From positions 1 to 64,000 of the IMG/VR virus record IMGVR_UViG_3300028800_000069: a stretch of 64,000 bases of DNA. The stretch is one strand, 5' to 3'. The position numbers and the translations under genes are program-made. Below are positions 17,019 to 25,775 of this stretch, piece after piece (positions within the stretch are counted from its first letter, which is position 1; every line of letters starts with the position of its first letter). The notes under the pieces were generated by a model that made no database searches, was not told the origin of the DNA, and saw nothing but the letters and a program-made list of their open reading frames with translations. The DNA is from a virus.

Positions 17019-17181
17019 GGGAACCTTAATGAGTAACGCGGCATGTTTGCCGCATACCGCGTTGCTCGGTGCATCTTTGTCGTGTGCGTGTCTTTGGTTG
17101 CGCTAGACTGATGCAAGATTAAAGGGAGGGAGTGGTGTGCTCAGTCCCTATCGCCAACAACTGTTGGTGTGGTTATAAACT

Positions 17182-17496
17182 TTAGTACTTCTTCAGATAC
17201 TCTAGAGCGCTCTCGAATAGATCAATTCTATCTTGAAACATACCTAGGACTCTGTTACATGTGCCACATAGAAAACCTCGTGGTACCGGAGGGTCTGAGT
17301 GCTTATGGTCAGCATGCAGTCTTCTTCCGTTAGTGGACTTTCTGTGGCATATAGCACACATTCCATCTTGTTTCTTCTCTTGCTCTTCGTAGCGTTCTTT
17401 TGTCCACCCTTGTTTCTTAACACGCCAAAGTAATTTCCTTAAACTTTCATCATAAGGATTGCACTTACACGCGCATTTACATCGTGAACAAGGCAT
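17182..17496 (-). CDS. Endonuclease VII-family nuclease
   Basis: QDGMCAIC...LHADHKH...RGFLCGTCNRVLGMF. Confidence 0.85.
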   Translation of the reverse strand: MPCSRCKCACKCNPYDESLRKLLWRVKKQGWTKERYEEQEKKQDGMCAICHRKSTNGRRLHADHKHSDPPVPRGFLCGTCNRVLGMFQDRIDLFESALEYLKKY

Positions 17497-17686
17497 GTTT
17501 TCTCCAAAGGTATAAGATGGCGAGGTGCGGCAAGTTCTCCGCACCACTGTACAGTTTCGCCAATGTCTCTATGCCGGGGCCGTCACAACCTCGAAAGGAG
17601 ATTACGAGGGACAGGCCCCGGCGTGCTACGCCGCATTGCGCGGTTGGTGCGGAAGAGAACTTTGCCCTTATTTGGGCTACTCTTAA

Positions 17687-17716
17687 AGTATACACCCTAC
17701 CTAAGCCGTCTGTCAA
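17687..17716 (-). promoter_or_regulatory. Near-consensus sigma70-like promoter for the leftward arm
   Basis: TTGACA-18 nt-TATACT, located where the two transcription arms diverge. Confidence 0.65.
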
Positions 17717-18010
17717 GCAAAATCGTTCTCAAAGTGAGACTGAACTAAATTTTGTTCTACGAAGTTTTTCGTACATCCATTTGTTTGCAACGCTATACCC
17801 GCGCCATCAGAACCGTATGTGTTGCAAACAAAGGCATGTTTCACGAGTTGACAGGTTGGGATTCCCATGATATTCTAATCCTGACCCTCCCCGGCAGATA
17901 CCTACACATATACTGTAGGAAGGTAACACTGCTAGGTGGTTACCATTATTAATCAACAAGATAGCTCATTCATAGCACATCTAAGTTATTGAAAGGAAAG
18001 ACCCTCTATT

Positions 18011-18256
18011 ATGTTGAAGACGGCTAAAGCTAGGGAAGCCCGTAGCCAACGGCGGAAGTCCCTGAACGAAGAGCTTTGCGTTTGGCTCCAGCGCGAAAAG
18101 GACATGGCCGTAGCGTTCGACCTGTGCGCCGAGGACCGAGCCGAGAAGCTTGTGTTCATCAGGCAGGAACAAGCGAAGCTACAGAAGGCCCTGCGCGATC
18201 TAGACCGGGGCTTCAGACGGCAGCGAGCGTGGAGCCAAGGAAAGTTACTTTACTGA
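18011..18256 (+). CDS. Basic hypothetical protein
   Basis: 81-aa ORF after AAGGA; first gene of the rightward arm. Confidence 0.45.
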   Translation: MLKTAKAREARSQRRKSLNEELCVWLQREKDMAVAFDLCAEDRAEKLVFIRQEQAKLQKALRDLDRGFRRQRAWSQGKLLY

Positions 18257-18330
18257 TGATCCCCACTGAGTGGGGATGATCATAATTCACAGCATTTCCC
18301 AAAAGTCAACTAGGAGAGTACAATAGTTAC

Positions 18331-20946
18331 ATGCCAGAACTTGTGCAACAATTGCGTCCGCTCGACTTGAGCGCACTGCAGCCTCATCTCAACATCACGG
18401 TTATTAACGATGAGGCCGGACTTCTGCTGTTGAAAGATTATATCGCACGCAAGAAATCTCGCGGGGATTTTTCCGTAGGGTTGGACACTGAAACCAATAT
18501 GTGTGATGACTACTGGTTTCGTCGTGCGCGTACTATTCAAGTTGGAGATCGTGACGAGCAGTTTGTAATCGACCTGTTGGCCTTTGCTGGGTCCAAAGAT
18601 AGACTCATAGCTACGCAGGGAGAATACGGAGCAAACTGCAATGGCGTGTATGACAAAATCTTCGAAGTGCTACGCCCTGTACTGTGCACACGTGACTTCC
18701 TGAAGGTTGGTCAGAACCTTGCATTCGAGTACACGATTTTCTGGTGGAATTTTGGTGTGCGTATCTGGCACTTGTATTCCACGGATTTAGCCGAGCGCGT
18801 AATTCAGGCTGGAACGATTTCATTGAAGAAGATGGCCGAGTTTTCCATGGCGTCGATTGCGGCGCGTCACTTCCAGTTGTTGATTGATAAGACCCTGCAG
18901 CAGACGTTTGATTTAGAATCCCCACTGACTCAGAACCAGATTGAGTACGCTGCGTTTGACGTGCGTTTCCCACACGCGATGCGGCAGGCGCAAGTCAACA
19001 TTATGACTGCGGACCAACTCCTTACCACGGCTCAGATTGAAAATGATGCACTACCTACATTCGCAGACATGCCCATTAACGGGCAGAATCTGGACGACGA
19101 CCGTTGGAAGCTGCGTATTCAACACGTGATGGAGCGGCGTGCAGGCGAGCTAAAGACACTCGATGAAGGATTCATCCCAATAGTCGGTAAGAAGAACGAG
19201 CAGATTGATGAAGCAGAGATAGAGCGTCGATATAAGCACTGGCAGGAAGACTTCCAGTTACCTACGCAACTAGAGACTGATCTTGCAGCACAGAAACGCT
19301 TAGAAAAAGACAAGACAAAGAAGGCAGCACTAGGTGCTCTTTTGAAGGCAGAGGAAAAGAAGCGTGCTGAAGAAAAAGCCAAAGCACGCTCTGCTCACTC
19401 AGAATTAAGCAAGAAGCGCACTGAATGGAAGAAGCTGCTGGAGAAGTGTGAAGGCGAAGCCTATATAAACTATGGCTCACGCGATCAACTATTAGCAGCG
19501 CTGCAACAGATGCCGGGAATGCGAACGATCAAGGATACGACCGATGATACGTTGCTTCGGTACAATGATCGTCCACTCATTCAGACTCTAAGGAAATTCA
19601 ATAAGGGAAAGAAAGACACAGGAACATACGGACTGCAGTGGACCCAACGATGGATTACCAAGCCTTTGTCTAAAGAAGGCTGGAGGCATCCAGTAGATGG
19701 CCGTCTGCATTGTGAGTTCAATCAGCTAGAAGCTGAAACTGGACGCACCTCTTCATCCAAGCCTAACGCACAGAACTTGCCGAAGGACGATGAAGTTCGT
19801 GCCTGTTTCATTTGCGATCCACCTAATCCTTTGGTTCGCGTCTCGGTGTGCTGCGATTCAGACACATACCTTGTGAACAGCAAGTACACCTGCACAAAGT
19901 GTAAAGAGTACTGCGAGACCAAAGACGAAGAGATGTGCATCGTCACCTGCGACATGTCTGGAGCAGAACTCCGCATCATTGCAGAGCTAGCCAATGCCAC
20001 GTCGTGGATCAACGCATTCAACAGAGGGTGGGACGTTCACTCGGTATCTACAGAAATATTAGAGCCGCAGAAATGGCCTGCACTTGCGTGTGTTGGTGGA
20101 GAAACACACTTCGACAAGGAAAAGAACAAAGAAGTAGTTCTTCCTCCGTGCGCCTATTACGAGAAGGATGCAAATGGAGAACCTAAAAGACAGAAGTGCA
20201 AATGCCCCGGACACGTTGAGCTTCGACAAAAAACTAAGTCTATCAACTTCTTGCTTTGTTACGGTGGAGGACCAGCGGCTCTGGCCGATGACCTTGGCAT
20301 TACCGTAGATGCGGCAAAGGAATTGATGCGGCAGCACGAAGCTGCATTCCCTGATGTGTGGTCTTACCTTGAACGTAGCGGTAAGCTGGCAAAGGCTATG
20401 CGAGAAGCTAGGGACATGTTCGGCAGACGCCGTGCGTTCCCCGTGCCTACTCGTGAGATGGCCAAGGAATGGTGGAAGGATGAACACGAAGAGTCTCTGG
20501 AGTTAACAGAGGATGAGCAGAAAGCAAACATCTTCAGGTTCAAATCCACGCAACTGCGCGAGCCAAACAAAGAAGAATTAAAACAGCTAACGCACAGGAA
20601 CCCTACCGAGAAAGAAATCGACAGGGCCTTGTATGCTCTGGCAGGAAGCGTAGAACGCCGAGGAAAGAACCACTGTATCCAAGGAACAAACGCCTCTATC
20701 ATCAAACGTGCTATGGGCTGTGGCTTCGACAAGGACGGAAAGCCCTATCTCTGGCACACGTTGATACAGTACCGTGCCAAGGTACAGAACATGGTGCACG
20801 ATGAGTTGGTCATTGGCTGTCCGAAGAGATTCGGTAAGTTAGTGGCAGAACTTATTGCAGATGCGTTCAAGCGTGCGGCGGCAGAAGTCATGCATCTTGT
20901 GACAATGGAAGCTGACTACCATATAGCAAATCGTTGGATCAAATAA
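18331..20946 (+). CDS. polA: Family A DNA polymerase with 3'-5' exonuclease domain
   Basis: Exo motifs LDTET, QNLAFE and YAAFD; TGRTSSSKPNAQNLP; motif A CDMSGAELR; motif B RQKTKSINFLLCYG; IQGTNA; motif C VHDEL. Confidence 0.95.
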   Translation: MPELVQQLRPLDLSALQPHLNITVINDEAGLLLLKDYIARKKSRGDFSVGLDTETNMCDDYWFRRARTIQVGDRDEQFVIDLLAFAGSKDRLIATQGEYGANCNGVYDKIFEVLRPVLCTRDFLKVGQNLAFEYTIFWWNFGVRIWHLYSTDLAERVIQAGTISLKKMAEFSMASIAARHFQLLIDKTLQQTFDLESPLTQNQIEYAAFDVRFPHAMRQAQVNIMTADQLLTTAQIENDALPTFADMPINGQNLDDDRWKLRIQHVMERRAGELKTLDEGFIPIVGKKNEQIDEAEIERRYKHWQEDFQLPTQLETDLAAQKRLEKDKTKKAALGALLKAEEKKRAEEKAKARSAHSELSKKRTEWKKLLEKCEGEAYINYGSRDQLLAALQQMPGMRTIKDTTDDTLLRYNDRPLIQTLRKFNKGKKDTGTYGLQWTQRWITKPLSKEGWRHPVDGRLHCEFNQLEAETGRTSSSKPNAQNLPKDDEVRACFICDPPNPLVRVSVCCDSDTYLVNSKYTCTKCKEYCETKDEEMCIVTCDMSGAELRIIAELANATSWINAFNRGWDVHSVSTEILEPQKWPALACVGGETHFDKEKNKEVVLPPCAYYEKDANGEPKRQKCKCPGHVELRQKTKSINFLLCYGGGPAALADDLGITVDAAKELMRQHEAAFPDVWSYLERSGKLAKAMREARDMFGRRRAFPVPTREMAKEWWKDEHEESLELTEDEQKANIFRFKSTQLREPNKEELKQLTHRNPTEKEIDRALYALAGSVERRGKNHCIQGTNASIIKRAMGCGFDKDGKPYLWHTLIQYRAKVQNMVHDELVIGCPKRFGKLVAELIADAFKRAAAEVMHLVTMEADYHIANRWIK

Positions 20947-20955
20947 GGAGACTCA

Positions 20956-21162
20956 ATGCCACAAGCAAGTGATGAACTACGTGCGAAGTTCCCCGGTCAT
21001 GATCAAGAAGCGTTCGATGTAATTGACGTTAACTTCTCGACCAGCCGGGGAGGTATAATCTTCCCAAAGAAACTTGGGTATAAGATGACTGAGCGTGAAG
21101 GTGACGCAATAGATTACCTGTGTGATGAATGGGACTACGCCTATTCTCCACAGGCGGTGTAG
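20956..21162 (+). CDS. Hypothetical phage protein
   Basis: AAGGAG RBS; C-terminal AIDYLCDEWDY. Confidence 0.55.
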   Translation: MPQASDELRAKFPGHDQEAFDVIDVNFSTSRGGIIFPKKLGYKMTEREGDAIDYLCDEWDYAYSPQAV

Positions 21163-21309
21163 ACATGGCATACCTAAATTGTCCGTTTTGTCCCGGCCAA
21201 GCGGTTCCTGCAAGCACTCAGGACTCTATGCTGCAATTTGGAATGGGCCTTACTAAACTCCGCTGCATTGCCAGCGGACATTTTTCTTACGTGGAGACTG
21301 AGGAGATTT

Positions 21310-21714
21310 ATGGAAAAAGACAAAAGCCTAGCAATAACTTATCTCAGTAAAGAACTGATCGCTGAGGGTCTTAATGAGATGGCTAAGATTTGCCGAGCAG
21401 AGGCCGATAAGTGGTATCACGAGCCACTTACAGGTGCTCCGTTATCTCTGAACCATGGGGAACGCTTTGCTCTCATGCACAGCGAAATATCTGAAGCCAT
21501 GGAAGCACACCGAAAAGACTTGGTGTCAGATCATATCCTTGAGTTCAAAGGTGTGGAAGAAGAACTAGCAGACGCATTGATCCGTATCTTCGACTACTGC
21601 GGCGACAACAACCTAAGAATCGGTGAGGCATTTGTTGCGAAGTTACAATACAACCGCAACAGACAGGACCACACGAACGCTGCACGACTGTCTCAAGGAG
21701 GTAAAAAGTTTTGA
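21310..21714 (+). CDS. MazG-like nucleotide pyrophosphohydrolase
   Basis: ALMHSEISEAMEAHRK...EEELADALIRIFD (ExxE...EExD); likely start MEKDK after GAGGAG. Confidence 0.85.
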   Translation: MEKDKSLAITYLSKELIAEGLNEMAKICRAEADKWYHEPLTGAPLSLNHGERFALMHSEISEAMEAHRKDLVSDHILEFKGVEEELADALIRIFDYCGDNNLRIGEAFVAKLQYNRNRQDHTNAARLSQGGKKF

Positions 21715-22160
21715 TCACAGCATACACAGACGGAGCAAGTAGAGTCAGTAAACCGGGGATGACTGCCTGTGCATGGGCATTGAATCTCCCCGGTGGTAGG
21801 GTCTCCAAAGGTTATTTCCTAGGCCCTGAGCCACACACAAATAACTATGCAGAGTACCAAGGGTTGCTGCGTCTACTCAGGCACCTGTACGAGAAGCAGT
21901 ACACAGATGTGCTGATTCATTGTGACTCAATGCTTGTAGTCGAGCAGGTGAACGGGCGCTGGGATGTAAAGCACAAAGAGTTGCTTCCATACGTTAACGA
22001 AGCGTATGGTTTGCTCACGCAAGGCCATCACAGGCTTATCCATGTGCGCGGCCATGGTAAGAATGCAAATGCCACGGACAACGAAGGCAACGACTACGTG
22101 GACAAGCTTTGCAATCAGGTTCTGGATCAACAGGAGGTATTGGATGCTGGAAAAGTTTAA
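21711..22160 (+). CDS. rnhA: Ribonuclease HI
   Basis: YTDGAS, TNNYAEY, CDSMLVVEQVNG, HVRGH...GNDYVDKL. Confidence 0.9.
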   Translation: MITAYTDGASRVSKPGMTACAWALNLPGGRVSKGYFLGPEPHTNNYAEYQGLLRLLRHLYEKQYTDVLIHCDSMLVVEQVNGRWDVKHKELLPYVNEAYGLLTQGHHRLIHVRGHGKNANATDNEGNDYVDKLCNQVLDQQEVLDAGKV

Positions 22161-22322
22161 GATGTGGCTACGCTGCGAATGGCTGGTATTCGTAAGAGAC
22201 TACAAGGATGCCACCAGTACGTGCTGGAAGTGTGGACGCTATGGAGCATCTGTGTGCAGCCTAGTGTACCCCAAGCGATTGTGTGACCCATGCGCAGCAG
22301 CGGTGTGTCGAAGGGCGGGACT

Positions 22323-23500
22323 ATGATTTTCATACTAGCAGAAGATCACATGCAAGCTACATGGTTAGCCAATACACTGCGTCTAGAAAAAAAGTCATGG
22401 GTGTACCTTACACGTGTAGTGCAGCTAATGGGTATAAGAGATGCTGTGATTTTGCGCTGGGGTAATTATTACAGGGCCGAAGAGTTTGTATGGATAATGA
22501 ACACCATAGAGTATAACGGTCTGACACTGCTCGATGTTGATGACGACTGGATGAGACGAAGGGAGCAACATGGCAAAGCGACTGACGAAGCGCACAGCAG
22601 TTGAGGCTCCTAAGCCTCTCCCTGCACGCGGCAAAGAGGAAGAGCCAGAGACAACGCTTGGCAAAGGCCCAGAGTCTGTTGCCGGGAAATTTGAGCCGCT
22701 AATAGGCTGGTGTGCTAATTGCGAGAAGTACCCAGCCAACTCCGAGTTCGATTACCTGTGCTACAACTGTCACAAGGATGCAGAGGGATTAGAGTACGAC
22801 GAGGAAACTAAGCTCTGGATCAAGAAAGCAAAAAGGAGAAAGTAATGTGGACTAAAAAAGAATGGAGAGCAATTCATTTCGTTGAAGGACAGACCATTAA
22901 GGAGTTCTTAAAGCAGTTCAAAAACTTCACTGGAGAAGAGACTATAGTGTGGAGTGCTATAGGTGGTATTTTTAGGTCTGCCATTAGTACTCCCGGTCCA
23001 GATGGTAAGGTGCACTGCTACTTAACAGTGGTACCAAAGGAGAAAGGCCAAGAGAAAGGCCAAGGGCCAGAGGTTGACACTACCGTGTTTCCTCCTGACC
23101 AGTTTCAGAAACAAGAGAAGGGTGAGTGTGCCACAAGTAAGACCACGGAAACACTCAGACCGCCACTCACCGAGTTCGAGCAGGAACTACGCAAGCTCAT
23201 CAACAGCTACTCCATGGAGAATCACAGCAACACTCCAGACAACATCCTAGCGGAGTACCTATGCTCATGCTTGGATGTGTTCGGAAGGGCAACTATGCAG
23301 CGTGAGCGCTGGTATGGAAGGAGGGTATTCTGATGACTGACCCAATTGTCGAAGCACTGCTGGGTTTAGTAGAGACAATGCGAAAACTCACAGCGTTTAT
23401 TGAGAGCATCAACCAAAGGCTTTACAAAGTAGAGGACAAGTTGGCACCACGCATACCCACCGCATCAGAAAGCAACGCACGTTTCAATCGAGAGAACTAA
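22323..23500 (+). CDS. Run of four small hypothetical genes (22323-22604, 22570-22845, 22845-23333, 23333-23500)
   Basis: Overlapping start/stop codons; 22570 carries a CxxC...CxxC zinc-ribbon pattern. Confidence 0.5.
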
Positions 23501-23517
23501 ACACATGCCTCACATCG

Positions 23518-23548
23518 GCCCCGCGCCTTTGGTGGGGCATTTTTTTTT
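23518..23548 (+). terminator. Rho-independent terminator ending the polA operon
   Basis: GCCCCGC-gccttt-gGTGGGGC followed by A and nine T. Confidence 0.85.
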
Positions 23549-24041
23549 GGCCCAAACGGCCTCTGGCTCGCGCCACGTTTCTGCCGTAAGGCTTCCCGAA
23601 TTTTTCCAACGGCTCCCGCACAAACCCGTGGCAGTTTGCATGAAACGTTCCTAAGCGGATCGCCGCGCCGGGGCAGGACGCCCTGCGAATCGCAATGTTA
23701 CAAGCTGTAACGTACAGCTACGTATCACAATGAGATTTCCCTGCAAATGCAATGGGTTAGCTACGCAGTGGTCCTGCCATCTTGTTGTAAACAAAAGGAA
23801 AGTTACCGTCCTAGCACATTTCCTAACTTTCCCGTACCTCAGGGCCGGGACGTTACCGTACGGGAACACCCTAGCGAGAGCGCCAGGGTCATGTCGGGGA
23901 CAGGGCCGTGCGTGTGGTACACGCCTCCGCGTAGTCACCCCCACGCGCTGGAAAGGGTGGTCCGTTTAGGGGGTATCTCCGGGTCCGTTCTGCCCATAGA
24001 TTCGCCTGACCTTCGCTGTGTCGATCAGCACACACCGCTAG

Positions 24042-24732
24042 GCATTCGCTACTGTCAAGCTGACCACCCCATGGCATTCGCTATGCATTCGCCCTGCGTG
24101 CCCTATGCTCAGGTACTCACGGCGTACGCCATACGCTTTCCCTTCGCTGCCGCTGCCGCTGGTGTCGAGGCAGGAGAGAGCAGAGCACAGGGTATTCGCC
24201 ACGCATTCGCTATGTCATTGACAACACAGGATCGAGGCATTCGCCACGCATTCGCTATGCAATGGTTGAGCGAGTGGCCAAGCGCATCCGAGGACATTGC
24301 TGTGGACAGGGGCGGGGAACCTGATCCCTAGCGAATACTTAGCGAACGCATTGCGGTGAGCGTAGCTAACGCCTAGGGGAATGAATAAGATAGAGCGAAG
24401 GAAAGGCAAAGCTATGTGCTACAACCTGTAGTGTTACACCATGTAACAAAGCAAGGCAAGGGCTGGGCATGTGCTAAGAGAATACCGTTTCAATATGATA
24501 GATAGGGTTCTGCCTTGCAATCCTGAACTGGCTCGAAGCATGGCAAAGGTACGGCTGGGAACGGTGAAGGAACAATGCTACCGCATGGTATCTGCCTGTC
24601 TTCTCCTTCTATCAGTCACTCCGACTCATGCGCGAGAATGCGAACGTACAGCGTACGCTTTGTGCTGGTGCTGGTGCTGGTGCATTGCCGATTCGAGAAC
24701 AGAGAACGGCATAGCAGACGCGTGGCGAATGC
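24042..24732. repeat. Cluster of (G)CATTCGC(T/C)A repeats in a non-coding region
   Basis: Copies near 24042, 24074 and 24085; duplicated ATTCGCCACGCATTCGCTATG at ~24194 and ~24239; inverted copies at ~24329 and ~24721. Confidence 0.7.
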
Positions 24733-25028
24733 AGGATCGATTCCTAGGCGGTTTCCCTGCCGCTGGCTGCGTGATTTATCCTCCTGTGACAGTCAGAGCC
24801 TCCGCGCCGGGTTCGAGCGTAGAATCGACGCCTAGCAGGCACATAGATAATGAGAAATGCGTGTAAGTTCTACGCAGTCAGTGATATAGCACCAACGTGC
24901 AGAACACATGGCACTAAAGTTGTAATCAGGCAAACTTTATTTCCTTTGTTTGCAACACTTTGGCACTGAAGTGCTATGCTTTCGCACTTTCGTGCTGTTT
25001 TCGTACATGCCCCCTGTGCTATGCTGGC

Positions 25029-25620
25029 TTCAGTCGCCGGAGTCCTCCACCGGACGGGCGATCAGCAGAGCCGATAAGTTAAGAGGCCGAGCGAGTCGGA
25101 AGTTGGCAGGAGAGCCCCTAGCGGGACAGTCCAGCGACAGGCTACGAAGTACAGGGGCGCAGCAGCCCTATATCCCAATCTGCTAGGCAATCGCAGAGCA
25201 CGCAGCGAAGCGACTGGAAAGCACGCCGTAGGGTAAGGCAATCGAGGGTAACTTAGAATGCCGAGGCATACGACGGGCGACAAACATCGACTGACCCCAG
25301 CCGCACACACGCAGCGCAAGCCGAGTGATAGAGACCGAAGCGAATGAATGTAAGGGTGAAGCAACTAGCGTAGCCGTTCTAATCCGTACTGACGGGCAAT
25401 TAACGGTGATCGAGGCGCTGGACAAACCGCACCCTTATATGACGGTGAACCATTCGCAATAGGCAAGCCGAAGCCGTACCAGTCAAGGGAACGAAGCTAA
25501 GCACACCGCCATCTCGTGAGAGATCGTAGGACGCCTAGCGAACAGAGCCTCCCACTGCTACGTTAAACCAACACCTCTGTTAAAGCCGCAAAGAGTGAAC
25601 CTGCAAAGAGTGAATCGGTC
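25029..25620 (+). ncRNA. Candidate large highly structured ncRNA (~600 nt)
   Basis: No credible plus-strand ORF; follows TGcTATGCT (25017-25025); many helices plus two long-range loop pairings. Confidence 0.65.
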
Positions 25621-25775
25621 TAGCAAACCGCGAGTGACCCATGCAGCGAGTGACCCATGCGCACATCTTGAGAAAATGTACAGCACACACGGGGCCTTCA
25701 CAATCTGAGTCTGATGACGCAGGGTTGGCTGCAATCGAGTGTGCTGTGCCGTTTAGTCAAGACACGGAGGACACC

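Noticed and set aside
19810-20220. Intein in DNA polymerase
   Set aside because: The insertions are short and Cys-rich, with no His-Asn/Cys-Ser-Thr splice junction or intein blocks.
24042-24260. Mini-CRISPR in the non-coding region
   Set aside because: Only two 21-bp copies plus short degenerate motifs in both orientations.
24800-24830. GGTTCGAG T-loop-like motif
   Set aside because: No T stem, acceptor stem or CCA around it.
23651-25425. ORF-track ORFs in the long intergenic region
   Set aside because: They lack an RBS, overlap on both strands, have atypical composition, and their translated repeats just mirror the DNA repeats.
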